Positions 53,513-62,922 are shown, counted from the first letter of the stretch. The stretch is 64,000 nt of DNA from an uncultured Gaiellales bacterium (GCA_964370985.1 CAYJLE010000001.1:191629-255628); one strand, 5' to 3'. A program made the numbers and translations. Notes: generated by a model from the letters alone, not told the origin.

Positions 53513-54445
53513 TCAGGACCCGCCCGTACGGGGTGAACCCGGAACGGCGCGGGCGAGCCCGGGCGCCGCGGCGGCGGCGAGCTCCCGCCACGCGCCCGCG
53601 CCGACGCCGGGCGGGCGGGCGCGCTCCAGGATCCGGCGGATCGCTGGCAGGCCCGTCAGCGGGCCGTCCCCGCCGAGCAGGATCACGAGGTCGTGCTGGC
53701 GAACGAGCTCGAGCGCCGTGGCGAGCTGGTCGATGCTGAGGCCGAGGGCCTCGACGTCGGCGTGCCGGTAGGCGCAGACGTCCACGGCGGGGGGACAGTG
53801 CAGGTGCTCGGCCCAGATCCGGTGCACCTCGGAGTCCCAGCGGCGCTCGAGCGCCACCTCGGCCTCGGCGTTTTGCACCCTGCGCATGACCGCGGAGCAG
53901 TCGGCGATCAGGAGGCCCACGCGGCGGCCCGCGTGGACGCGGGCGAGCTCCCGGACTTCGAGCTCGAGTGCCGCAACGAGCTGGTCAGGCACGAGCCGGG
54001 GGCCGTCGTAGGGGAACTTGCCCAGCTGCCACTGGCGCACGGTCGCACGCCCGCCGGGCAGGGCCGGCTCCTCGCCGCGCGGGTCCGCGATGCAGAGCCA
54101 GTGGTCGACCCGGTCGCCGAAGAGGCCCTCCGACGCCTCGAGCGGGCAGGCGCGATCGTCGAAGCTGTAGAGGAGAACGTGCCCGGCGGCGGACGTGCCG
54201 GGCAGACGAAGCGAGTCCAGGAGCCGCGCCACTCCGAGCTCGAGGGCGGCGGCGAGGCCGACCAACACGGCCACGGACGGGACGGCCGGCCGGCCGGTTG
54301 CGGGGTTGCGGCCCCGCTCGATCGCGCTCACGTACGCGGGAGAGACCCCGGCCCTGGCGGCGAGTGCGCGCACGGAGAGGCCGAGCTCGCGGCGGCGATC
54401 GCGGACGTCGTGGCCGAACGCCTCCAGAGCGACCGCGTCGAGCAC
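53513..54445 (-). CDS. XRE-family HTH regulator with MEDS-like sensory domain
   Basis: HTH LGLSVRALAARAGVSPAYVSAIERGRN. The C-terminal ~200 aa resemble the MEDS (DcmR-type) domain. The start is GTG 54445 or GTG 54466. Confidence 0.7.
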   Translation of the reverse strand: MLDAVALEAFGHDVRDRRRELGLSVRALAARAGVSPAYVSAIERGRNPATGRPAVPSVAVLVGLAAALELGVARLLDSLRLPGTSAAGHVLLYSFDDRACPLEASEGLFGDRVDHWLCIADPRGEEPALPGGRATVRQWQLGKFPYDGPRLVPDQLVAALELEVRELARVHAGRRVGLLIADCSAVMRRVQNAEAEVALERRWDSEVHRIWAEHLHCPPAVDVCAYRHADVEALGLSIDQLATALELVRQHDLVILLGGDGPLTGLPAIRRILERARPPGVGAGAWRELAAAAAPGLARAVPGSPRTGGS

Positions 54446-54447
54446 GA

Positions 54448-54465
54448 TGTTTAGTTTACCAAACA
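54448..54465. promoter_or_regulatory. AT-rich imperfect palindrome, candidate operator
   Basis: TGTTTAGTTTACCAAACA has 7 of 9 symmetric pairs and is AT-rich in a 72% GC background. It sits at the 5' end of the XRE/MEDS gene, next to the divergent promoter. Confidence 0.4.
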
Positions 54466-54478
54466 CTGATCTTTGCAA

Positions 54479-54507
54479 TTGACGCCGGCTGTGCCGGCGC
54501 CTAGACT
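54479..54507 (+). promoter_or_regulatory. putative sigma70-type promoter of the GcvT-family gene
   Basis: TTGACG (54479-84), a 17-nt spacer, then TAGACT (54502-07). Confidence 0.45.
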
Positions 54508-54587
54508 CGCCCGAGCATCGTCCACCGGCCGTGTCGCCCGGCGCGTATCGCCGCAGGCCACGGTCGCAGCCAGACCAGGGAGGCCCC

Positions 54588-55766
54588 ATGCGAGACCGGC
54601 TTTTCGCTCGCCGAGACATCGTCTGCTCGCTCGCCGAGCCGGGGTGGAACTACGGGCACCTCCGCTCGCCGTTCTACCGCTACGACCTCGAGCAGGGCGC
54701 GACCTACTGCATCTACAACCGACGGATGATGCCCGTCTCGCTCGAGGGCTCGACGCGCGAGGAGGGTTACTGGGCGCTGCGCCGGACGGCGACGCGGCTC
54801 GACACCGGCGAGCTCCCCACGGAGATCGCGGGGCCCGACGCGGGGCGGCTGCTCGACCGCATCTTCACGCGCAAGGTCTCCGCGCTGGCGCCCGGGCGCT
54901 GCACCTACGGGATCGCCTGCTGGCCCGACGGCGGCGTGCTCGTCGACGGGATCCTGTTCCGGCTCGACGAGGAGCGGTTCTGGTACGTGCAGGCAGAGGG
55001 CGACTTCGTCGGCTGGGTGCGAGCGCACGCCCTCGCCTACGACGTGGAGATCCGGGATCCGGATTCGTGGGTGCACCAGATCCAGGGGCCCAAGGCCCTC
55101 GACGTGCTCGCTGACGCCTGCGACGACGGCCTGCCGGATGACTTCCGCTTCTTCGACGTGCGCGAGGTCAGCGTGGGCGGCCAGTCGGTGCTCGTCACCC
55201 GCACCGGCTGGACCGGCGAGGTCGGCTTCGAGGTCTACACGCGGCCCGGGATCGACTTCGACGCGTTGTGGGATCGCTTCACGGAAGCGGGCGCGCGCCA
55301 CGAGATGATCGACATCGGCCTCGATCCGATGGACATCCGCAGGATCGAGGCCGGGATCCTCAACAACATCTCCGACATGGATCGGACGATGACCCCGTTC
55401 GACGCGGGTCTCGGCGACTACGTCGACCTCGAGCGCGACGACGACTTCTTCGGCAAGGTGGCGCTCCGGGCAGCCGACCGCCGCTGCCGCCTGTACGGCC
55501 TCTCCTGCGCGACCGCGGAGCCGCTGATCGGCGGCCCGGTCACGCGGGGCGGCGAGCGGATCGGCCACGTCACCGCCGCCGGCTGGTCGCCCTATCTCGA
55601 GCGTGGCGTCGCCTACGTGCTGCTCGCGAGCGCCGACCTGCTCGAGCCGAGGCAGGCCGAGGTGGTCGGCTTCGATCTCGCCACCCACGCCTGCGAGCTC
55701 GTCGACCTGCCCTTCTACGACGAGGAGAAGAAGATCCCGCGCGGCCTCGAAGCGCCTACCGTGTAG
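54588..55766 (+). CDS. aminomethyltransferase (GcvT) family protein, folate-dependent demethylase-like
   Basis: ATG preceded by GGGAGG. GcvT-fold sequence (ILFRLDEERFWYV, VTRTGWTGEVGFEVY, MDIRRIEAG). Confidence 0.82.
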   Translation: MRDRLFARRDIVCSLAEPGWNYGHLRSPFYRYDLEQGATYCIYNRRMMPVSLEGSTREEGYWALRRTATRLDTGELPTEIAGPDAGRLLDRIFTRKVSALAPGRCTYGIACWPDGGVLVDGILFRLDEERFWYVQAEGDFVGWVRAHALAYDVEIRDPDSWVHQIQGPKALDVLADACDDGLPDDFRFFDVREVSVGGQSVLVTRTGWTGEVGFEVYTRPGIDFDALWDRFTEAGARHEMIDIGLDPMDIRRIEAGILNNISDMDRTMTPFDAGLGDYVDLERDDDFFGKVALRAADRRCRLYGLSCATAEPLIGGPVTRGGERIGHVTAAGWSPYLERGVAYVLLASADLLEPRQAEVVGFDLATHACELVDLPFYDEEKKIPRGLEAPTV

Positions 55767-56149
55767 ACAGCGAGAGGAGGATCCCTGGGGCGAGCGGGCT
55801 GGGTGCTGGGAGCAGCCGCGGCGGCCTCGCGTGCTCGACGCAGGACTCGATCGGATCGCCGGGCCGCCCGCCGCGCCCGTCTCGGACGCAGCCGCCCGCC
55901 TCCACCGCCACCTCCCCGCTCCCGACGGGGGCCTGCTACCCTGACGTGCTCGCAATGGGGAACACGCGCGTAACTGCCGCGCGGCCTTCACTTCCGGGGG
56001 CCGGGCGGGCTCCTGACGAGACCGGCGAGCTCGAGGTCCAGGCAGCCCGGCCCTGGCACGACGTGCCGATCTTCGAGGGCCGCGACCTCGCCTCCGACGA
56101 GCTCTGGGATCTCTCGCGCGCCCTCTCGAGGGCCAAGCGGGAGGTGGCG

Positions 56150-57064
56150 ATGGATCCCCTTCGCCTGCCGAAGGCCCGGCGCGCCAGCGTCTCGCTGATC
56201 CTCGCGGCGGTCGCTGCAGCGACTCCCGCGCTCGCGTCGGCGCACTCCCGCTCGAGCAAGGCGTCGGAATCCGCGGAGGTGTTCGAGCGCTCGGCGCTGG
56301 AGCGAGGCGACCGCGGCCTCGCCGTCGAGCGGCTGCAGCGGGCACTCGGCATCACCGCCGACGGCATCTTCGGCAAGCAGACGCTCAAGGCGGTGCGCGC
56401 CTTCCAGAAGAGCGCCCGGCTCGCCGTCGACGGCATCGTTGGCCCCCTGACGCTCGCCGCCCTCGACCGGAGGGCTGCCGCCGACACGAACGACGGCTCC
56501 ACCCTGGAGCGCGGCGACCGCGGCCCCGCCGTCGAGCGGCTGCAGCGGGCACTCGGCATCACCGCCGACGGCATCTTCGGCAGGCAGACGCTCAAGGCGG
56601 TGCGCGCCTTCCAGGAGAGCGCCGCGCTCGCCGTGGACGGTATCGTCGGCCCCAGGACGCTCGCCGCGCTCGCAAACGGCTCGAGCGACCCCGAAGAAGA
56701 GCAGTCGCACGAGCCGGCGCCGGACGCCGAAACCCCGTCCGACATCGACGGCCGCCTCGGCGGGGCGCTCGCGCTCGCCCGCGAGCTGGGGCTGAACCTG
56801 ATCTCCGCCCACCGCCCGGGCGCGATCATCGAGTCGAGCGGTCAGCCCTCCGACCACGGTGTCTTCCCCTCGAAGGCGATCGACGTCCAGGGCTCGCCCG
56901 CGGAGATGGAGAGCTACGCGAGGAGGGTCGCCGGGATGAAGGGCGTCGACACGGTCATCTACGCGGGCGTCGGGATCTGGACGGCCGGCAGCGGCTGGCA
57001 CGAGATCCGCTCCGCGGTCACGCACGACTCGCACCTCGACCACGTCCACGTAGACACGTTCTGA
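56150..57064 (+). CDS. secreted protein with two peptidoglycan-binding domains and C-terminal LAS-type (H..D, HxH) metallopeptidase-like domain
   Basis: ATG after GGGAGGTGG. Signal-like RRASVSLILAAVAAATPALASA. Two PG_binding_1-like repeats. C-terminal SDHG...AIDV and DHVHV motifs. Confidence 0.75.
   Translation: MDPLRLPKARRASVSLILAAVAAATPALASAHSRSSKASESAEVFERSALERGDRGLAVERLQRALGITADGIFGKQTLKAVRAFQKSARLAVDGIVGPLTLAALDRRAAADTNDGSTLERGDRGPAVERLQRALGITADGIFGRQTLKAVRAFQESAALAVDGIVGPRTLAALANGSSDPEEEQSHEPAPDAETPSDIDGRLGGALALARELGLNLISAHRPGAIIESSGQPSDHGVFPSKAIDVQGSPAEMESYARRVAGMKGVDTVIYAGVGIWTAGSGWHEIRSAVTHDSHLDHVHVDTF
56297..56671 (+). repeat. intragenic tandem duplication (two 168-nt copies, 207-nt period)
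   Basis: Copy 1 (56297-56464) and copy 2 (56504-56671) encode LERGDRG(L/P)AVERLQRALGITADGIFG(K/R)QTLKAVRAFQ... and are almost identical at the nucleotide level. Confidence 0.8.
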
Positions 57065-57112
57065 GCCCGGAGCCCCGGGCGCTCCGACCGCGAGCGACAG
57101 CGGATGACGGCG

Positions 57113-58342
57113 CTACCGCCGCCAGGCGACCTCGCCGGCTCGAAGCACGAGCGCGACGTGGTCGTGGCCGAGGTGGTAGGCGAGGTAGCGCCAGTCCGGT
57201 GCGTCGAGGAGGACGGCGTCCGCCCGGTACCCGGGCGCCAGCCGGCCGAGGCTCTCCGACCGGCCGAGCACGTGGGCGGGGTTCACCGTAGAGGCCGCTA
57301 GAGCCTCGGCGGGACCGAGGCGAAGCTGCGTGCAGGCGAGGGCGCACACGAGCGGCAGGCTCTCGCAGAAGCTGCTGCCGGGGTTGAAGTCGGTCGCGAG
57401 GGCGACGGCTGCGCCGGCTTCGACCAGGGCCCGGGCCGGGGGCATGGGTCGGCCGAGGACGAGGGCGCTCGCCGGAAGGACGACCGCGGTGACGTCGCTC
57501 GCCGCGAGCGCCGCCACGCCAGCGGGCCCCGTCGCCTCCAGGTGGTCGACGCTGCGAGCCCCGAGCTCGACGGCGAGCGGGATCGCCCCCGCCTCGGTGA
57601 ACTGGTCGCCGTGGAGCCGCAAGGCGAGTCCCGCCGCCCGGCAGGCCTCGAGGTAGCGTCGCGCCTGACGGGCGTCGAAGGCGCCGCGCTCGAGGAAGAC
57701 ATCGGCCGCCTCCGCCCGCTTCGCCGCCTCCGGGAGCACCTCGGCGAGCGCGAAGTCGAGGTAGGCGTCGCCGTCTCGAAGCTCGGACGGCACGGCGTGA
57801 GCGCCGAGCCAGGTGGGGATCCCGCCCGCGGCCGCGACAGCGTCGAGCGAGGCGAGCTCCGTCTCGCGATCGAGGCCGTAGCCCGACTTCCCCTCGAAGG
57901 TCGTCGTGCCGTGCCGAAGCATCCAGCCGGCGTGCCGGGCGACGTGCTGCCGGAGGCCAGCCGCCCCCAGGGCGCGGGTCTTCTGGACGGTCGCGAAGAT
58001 CCCCCCGCCGGCCGCATGGATCTCCTCGTAGCTGGCCCCGCGGGCCCGAAGCGCGAACTCCTCCACCCGGTCACCACCGAACGCCGGATGCGTGTGGCAG
58101 TCCACGAGACCAGGGATGGCGCACATGCCGCGGCCGTCGAGCTCCTGGACGTCCTCCCGGAGCGGCGGCAGGTCGCGCATGCGCCCGACGGCGGCGACCT
58201 GGCCGCCCTCGCACAGGACGTACGCGTCCTCGATCACCGCGACCTCGCCGAGCGCCCGGCCACGTAGGGGGGCGCTGCGGCCGGCCGGGCTCGCGACCTG
58301 GGCGAGGTCCCGGACAAGGAGGAGCGGCTCGGGCGACGCCAT
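57113..58342 (-). CDS. hutI: imidazolonepropionase
   Basis: 409 aa from MASPEPLLLVRDLAQV. GLVDCHTHPAFGG, GKSGYG and DHLE motifs. Confidence 0.9.
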   Translation of the reverse strand: MASPEPLLLVRDLAQVASPAGRSAPLRGRALGEVAVIEDAYVLCEGGQVAAVGRMRDLPPLREDVQELDGRGMCAIPGLVDCHTHPAFGGDRVEEFALRARGASYEEIHAAGGGIFATVQKTRALGAAGLRQHVARHAGWMLRHGTTTFEGKSGYGLDRETELASLDAVAAAGGIPTWLGAHAVPSELRDGDAYLDFALAEVLPEAAKRAEAADVFLERGAFDARQARRYLEACRAAGLALRLHGDQFTEAGAIPLAVELGARSVDHLEATGPAGVAALAASDVTAVVLPASALVLGRPMPPARALVEAGAAVALATDFNPGSSFCESLPLVCALACTQLRLGPAEALAASTVNPAHVLGRSESLGRLAPGYRADAVLLDAPDWRYLAYHLGHDHVALVLRAGEVAWRR

Positions 58343-58344
58343 CG

Positions 58345-58513
58345 CTAGGGGCCTGTCCGGAAAGTGGTCGCGGCGGATGGCACGCGGCACGTGTCGCGAG
58401 GCAAGGACGCAGGGAGCGCCAATATGCGGACATATTGACGCGACCGAGGACACCGCATCGCGGTGCGTGACGCCTGCAAGCCGCTCTGAGCCACTTTCCG
58501 GACAGGCCCCTAG
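58345..58513. mobile_element. 169-bp MITE-like element with perfect 23-bp terminal inverted repeats
   Basis: CTAGGGGCCTGTCCGGAAAGTGG (58345-58367) is the exact reverse complement of CCACTTTCCGGACAGGCCCCTAG (58491-58513). The element fills the hutU-hutI gap. The right repeat contains the hutU TAG stop. No transposase ORF is inside. Confidence 0.65.
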
Positions 58514-60243
58514 ACCCGGGGGATCGCGATGCCGCCCTCCGCGGCCGCCGCGATCGCCTCCTCATAGCCGGCGTCGGCGTGCCTCGCCACCCCGAGGCCG
58601 GGATCCGTCGTGAGCACACGCTCGAGCCGCTCCTCCGCGTCGTCGCTGCCGTCGGCGACGACGACCATCCCCGCGTGGATCGAGTTGCCGATGCCCACGC
58701 CACCACCGTGGTGCACCGAGACCCAGGTTGCTCCGGCCGCCGTGTTGAGCAGGGCGTTCAGGATCGGCCAGTCCGCGATCGCGTCGGACCCGTCGCGCAT
58801 CGCCTCGGTCTCCCGGAAGGGGGAGGCCACGGAGCCCGCGTCGAGGTGGTCGCGGCCGATCACCACGGGCGCGCTGACCCGGCCCTCGCGGACGAGCCGA
58901 TTCATGGCGAGCCCCGCCCGCGCCCGATCCCCGAACCCGAGCCAGCAGATCCGGGCAGGGAGCCCCTGGAAGGCCACCCGCCCCGCGGCGAGCTCGAGCC
59001 AGCGCTGGAGGAGGCTATCGTCCGGGAACAGGCGCCGCAGCTCGTCGTCGATGACGGCGATGTCGGCCGGGTCTCCCGAGAGCGCAACCCAGCGGAACGG
59101 CCCGATCCCGCGGCAGAACAGGGGTCGGATGTACGCCGGGACGAAACCCGGGTAGCCGAACGCGTCGTCGACGCCCGCCGCGCGTGCCTCCCCCCTCAGG
59201 TTGTTGCCGTAGTCGAAGACGTGGCAGCCCTGCCGGCCGAGCTCGAGCAGCGCCTCGACGTGGGTAGCGATCGACGCGCGCGCGAGGCGAAGGTACTTAT
59301 CGGGATGGCGCTCCCGGAAGTGCCCCGCCTCCTCGAAGGGCAGCTCGGAGGGGATGTAGCCGACGAGCGGGTCGTGGGCGGCGGTCTGGTCGGTGACGAG
59401 GTCGAAGAGCTCCCCGCGCCGGGCGAGCTCAGGCATGACGAGAGCCGCGTTGCCGAGCAACCCGACTGAGAGCGGCCGCCGCTCCGCCGCGGCCTCGCGG
59501 ACCCGGCGCAGCGCCTCCTCGAGGGAGTCGGTAGCCTCGTCGAGGTAGCGGGTCTCGAGCCTGCGCTCGAGCCGCGAGGGGTCGACCTCGACGCAGAGCA
59601 TCGCGGCGCCGCACATCGTCGCCGCGAGCGGCTGGGCGCCCCCCATCCCGCCGAGGCCGGCGGTGAGGATCGTCCGGCCGGCGAGATCGGGGGTCCCGAA
59701 GTGCGCCTGTGCCGCGGCTGCGAACGTCTGGTACGTGCCCTGCAGAATCCCCTGCGTGCCGATGTAGATCCACGACCCGGCGGTCATCTGCCCGAACATC
59801 GTCAGACCGAGCGCCTCGAGCCGCCGGAACTCGTCCCACGTCGCCCAGGCCGGTACGAGCAGGGAGTTCGCGATCAGCACCCGCGGGGCGCCGGGATGAG
59901 TCCGGAACACGCCGACCGGCTTGCCGGACTGGACGAGCAGCGTCTCGTCCTCGCGCAGGTCGAGGAGACAGCGGACGATCGCCTTCAGGGCGGCGGGCGA
60001 GCGCGCCGCCTTGCCCGTGCCCCCGTAGACGACGAGTCGTTCCGGATGCTCGGCCACTTCGGAGTCGAGATTGTTGAGCAGCATCCGCAGCGGCGCCTCC
60101 GTCTGCCAGGAGCGCGCGTGCAGGGCGCGTCCCCGGGGCGCGCGTATGCGCGAGAGGTCGCCGCAGAGCTCCTCCGCGACCCGGTCGAACTCGGCGCCGC
60201 CGCCCGGCTCCCGGGCTCCGGCGCCGCCCTCTGTCTCGATCAT
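58510..60243 (-). CDS. hutU: urocanate hydratase
   Basis: ATG overlaps the hutH stop (ATGA). 577 aa and urocanase-like throughout ([23 protein letters not shown]). Confidence 0.92.
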   Translation of the reverse strand: MIETEGGAGAREPGGGAEFDRVAEELCGDLSRIRAPRGRALHARSWQTEAPLRMLLNNLDSEVAEHPERLVVYGGTGKAARSPAALKAIVRCLLDLREDETLLVQSGKPVGVFRTHPGAPRVLIANSLLVPAWATWDEFRRLEALGLTMFGQMTAGSWIYIGTQGILQGTYQTFAAAAQAHFGTPDLAGRTILTAGLGGMGGAQPLAATMCGAAMLCVEVDPSRLERRLETRYLDEATDSLEEALRRVREAAAERRPLSVGLLGNAALVMPELARRGELFDLVTDQTAAHDPLVGYIPSELPFEEAGHFRERHPDKYLRLARASIATHVEALLELGRQGCHVFDYGNNLRGEARAAGVDDAFGYPGFVPAYIRPLFCRGIGPFRWVALSGDPADIAVIDDELRRLFPDDSLLQRWLELAAGRVAFQGLPARICWLGFGDRARAGLAMNRLVREGRVSAPVVIGRDHLDAGSVASPFRETEAMRDGSDAIADWPILNALLNTAAGATWVSVHHGGGVGIGNSIHAGMVVVADGSDDAEERLERVLTTDPGLGVARHADAGYEEAIAAAAEGGIAIPRV

Positions 60244-61766
60244 GAGCTCCCGGCCTCCTCCACGATCGCGGCGATCTCCCCACCGGCGACGAGCCGCCGC
60301 ACGGACTCGATGTCGGCTGCCGGGGGGCGGTCCTCGATGAGCGGCGTGACGTGCTCGCGGACGAGCGCGACGATCCGCGCGGCGGCCTCCCCGGGCTCCC
60401 CGGGGACGAGCTCGATTGCCTGCGCCGCGCAGACGAGCTCGATCGCGAGCACCTGCTCCACCCGGTCGCACGCATCCAGGGCGAGCAGCGCCCCGGTCAT
60501 GCCCATGCTGACGTGATCCTCCTGGTTGTCCGAGGTCGGCACGGTGTCGAGCGACACGGGGTGCGCGAGCGCGCGCAGCTCGGCGACGAGCGCCGCGCCG
60601 GTGTACTGGGCGACCATGTAGCCGGTCGAGGTGCCCGCGTCCGGCGACAGGAACGCGGGCAGCCCCATGCTGAGCGACGGCGAGAGCAGGCGGAACGTCC
60701 GGCGATCCGAGATCGAGGCGAGGTCGGCGAGAGCGATGCGCAGCGTATCGAAGGCGAGCGCGAGGCTCTGCCCGTGGAAGTTCCCCGCCGACACGACCTC
60801 GACCGGGTCGTCGAACACGAGCGGGTTGTCGGTGACAGCGTCGAGGTCGGTGGCGATCAGACGCTCGAAGAAGCCGAGTCCCTCCCGTGCCGAGCCGTGC
60901 ACCTGCGGGACGCAGCGCAGCGAGTACGCGTCCTGGAGGTCCCGCTCGCGCGTCCCGAGCCGTCGCGACCCGGCCGTGACCGCGCGTACGACCTCCGCGC
61001 TGCGCGCCTGCCCGGGAAGCGGCCGCAGGGCCTGAACCCGCGGGTCGAAAGCCGCCGGCTCGCCCCTGAGCGCCTCGAGCGTGAGCGCCGCGGCGGCGTC
61101 GGCGGTGTCGAGAATGCGGGCGGCGCGGCACGCGACGAGGGCCCCGATGCCGGTCATGAAATGCGTGCCGTTGATGAGGGCGAGTGCCTCCTTCGGCTGT
61201 AGCTCGAGCGGCTCGATGCCTGCCTCGCCGAGCGCGTCTGCACCAGGACGCCGGCCGCCGTCGCCGGCGAGCACGTCTCCCTCGCCGATGAGCAGGAGAA
61301 ACGCGTGCGCCGAGGGCACGAGGTCGCCGCTCGCGCCGAGGGAGCCCGTGCGCGGGACGGCCGGGACGACGCCGGCGTTGAGCAGCGCTGCCACGCGCTC
61401 GCAGACCACGGGCCGCAGGCCCGAGCGGGCGCGCAACAGGCCGTTCAGGCGGATGGCGAGCGCAGCGCGCACCACCTCCCGCGGCAGCAGCTCGCCGACC
61501 CCGGCCGCGTGGCTGCGCAGGATGTCCCGCTGCGCGGCCGTCGCCTGCTCGAGCGGCACGACCGTCCGAACGAGCGCCCCGAGGCCGGTCGTGACCCCGT
61601 AGATCGCGTCGCCGCGGGCGATCGCAGCGTCGAGCGCAGCGCGGTTGCGCGCGACCGCTTCGAGCCGCGCCGGGTCGATCTCGACGCGGGCGCCGCCGAC
61701 TGCGATTCGCTCGACGGCCCGCACGTCGAGGCCGAGGCCGGAGAGGGTGACCGCCGTTTCAGGCAA
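60240..61766 (-). CDS. hutH: histidine ammonia-lyase
   Basis: TTG after GGAGGG. MIO-forming GASGDL motif. 508 aa. Overlaps the hutF end by 8 nt. Confidence 0.9.
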   Translation of the reverse strand: MPETAVTLSGLGLDVRAVERIAVGGARVEIDPARLEAVARNRAALDAAIARGDAIYGVTTGLGALVRTVVPLEQATAAQRDILRSHAAGVGELLPREVVRAALAIRLNGLLRARSGLRPVVCERVAALLNAGVVPAVPRTGSLGASGDLVPSAHAFLLLIGEGDVLAGDGGRRPGADALGEAGIEPLELQPKEALALINGTHFMTGIGALVACRAARILDTADAAAALTLEALRGEPAAFDPRVQALRPLPGQARSAEVVRAVTAGSRRLGTRERDLQDAYSLRCVPQVHGSAREGLGFFERLIATDLDAVTDNPLVFDDPVEVVSAGNFHGQSLALAFDTLRIALADLASISDRRTFRLLSPSLSMGLPAFLSPDAGTSTGYMVAQYTGAALVAELRALAHPVSLDTVPTSDNQEDHVSMGMTGALLALDACDRVEQVLAIELVCAAQAIELVPGEPGEAAARIVALVREHVTPLIEDRPPAADIESVRRLVAGGEIAAIVEEAGSS

Positions 61767-62922
61767 GGTGCCCTCCGGCCCCCGCGACCGTGCCAGCGAC
61801 CACGCCCGCCGAGGCGCAGGTCGCAAGCGCGTAGGGCAGGTCGGCCGGGTCGACGCCGCGCAGATCGGGATGCGCGAGGTCGACCTCGATCTCCGCCGGA
61901 GGGACGTGCTCGAGCCCGAGACTCGCCCGTCCGCTCGCGCACAGCTCGTCCCACAGCGACTCGCTCGTCGCGAGCAACCCGTGCCGCAGCTCGCGCTCGC
62001 GTCGCGAGCCCGTCTCCAGCTCGCGCACCTCCTCGAACGGATCGACCCTGACCTGCGAGTCCGACCCCAGCGCGAGCCTCACCCCGGCCTCGCGGTAGCT
62101 CATCGCGGGGAAGTAGCCGTCGCCGAGATTTCCCTCGGTCGTCGGACAGGTGACGACGATCGCACCGGAGCGCGCCAGCAGCTCGACGTCGCGCGGGGAG
62201 ACGTGGATGCCGTGAACGATGCTCGTCCTCGGGCCGAGGAAGCCCGTACGGTCGAGCAGCTCGATCGGCGAGCAGCCGTGCTCGGCCTCGCACTCGGCGA
62301 GCTCCCGCCGTTGCTCGCAGGCGTGGACGTGCCGCGGCAGCCCGTGGCGCTCGGAATACTCGGCGATCGCCGCCAGCCAGCCGGCCGGGACGGCCCGCAC
62401 GCTGTGCGCGGCGACCGCGACGTCGACGCGGTCGCGGGCTGCCGTCGCCCGGCGCAGGTCGTCGACTCGAGCGAGGTAGGACTCGACGTCCGGATCGCAG
62501 AAGCGGAGCTGGGCGGGGCCCGGAGGCCTGTCCTGCCCGTCCCAGCCGTTGCGATGGTAGGCGGCCGGGATCACGACGATCCGGAGCCGCGTGTCCACGG
62601 CCGCCTGCACGACCGCGAGCGCCAGCTCGTTCGGGTCGTCGTAGGGCGTGCCGTCGGGCTGGTGGTGGACGTAGTGGAACTCGCCGACGACCCCGTAGCC
62701 CGCCCCGACCATCTCCCCGTACACGCGCGCGGCGACGTCGCGCAGCGCGTCCGGATCGAGCGCAGCGGCCAGGCGGAACATCTCGGTGCGCCAGCTCCAG
62801 AAGTCGTCATGGCGGTTCGCCTCGGGCGCGGGGCGCTCGGCCCTCCCCCGCAGGTCGCGTTGGAAGGCGTGCGAATGGGCATTGGGCATCGCCTCGGCCC
62901 TGGCCGTGAGCGCAGCGCTCAT
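61759..62922 (-). CDS. hutF: formimidoylglutamate deiminase-like amidohydrolase (short N-terminus)
   Basis: 387 aa from MSAALTARAEAMPNAHSHAFQR. HSH metal motif and HACE. It is operonic with hutHUI. Confidence 0.75.
   Translation of the reverse strand: MSAALTARAEAMPNAHSHAFQRDLRGRAERPAPEANRHDDFWSWRTEMFRLAAALDPDALRDVAARVYGEMVGAGYGVVGEFHYVHHQPDGTPYDDPNELALAVVQAAVDTRLRIVVIPAAYHRNGWDGQDRPPGPAQLRFCDPDVESYLARVDDLRRATAARDRVDVAVAAHSVRAVPAGWLAAIAEYSERHGLPRHVHACEQRRELAECEAEHGCSPIELLDRTGFLGPRTSIVHGIHVSPRDVELLARSGAIVVTCPTTEGNLGDGYFPAMSYREAGVRLALGSDSQVRVDPFEEVRELETGSRRERELRHGLLATSESLWDELCASGRASLGLEHVPPAEIEVDLAHPDLRGVDPADLPYALATCASAGVVAGTVAGAGGHLA

Noticed and set aside
55767-56149. c-di-AMP (ydaO-type) riboswitch upstream of the cell-wall peptidase gene
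   Set aside because: I could not find the characteristic GGGGACCCA, ACGGGGUGAAUCC or CAGCUAACCUCGUAAGCG-like segments on either strand.
58343-58453. Extended HutI start at GTG 58453 (the ORF-track start)
   Set aside because: The extra 37 residues are encoded by the inserted repeat element and are not HutI-like. Conserved HutI sequence starts at MASPEPLLLVRD (ATG 58342). I kept the extension only as a possibility within the MITE finding.
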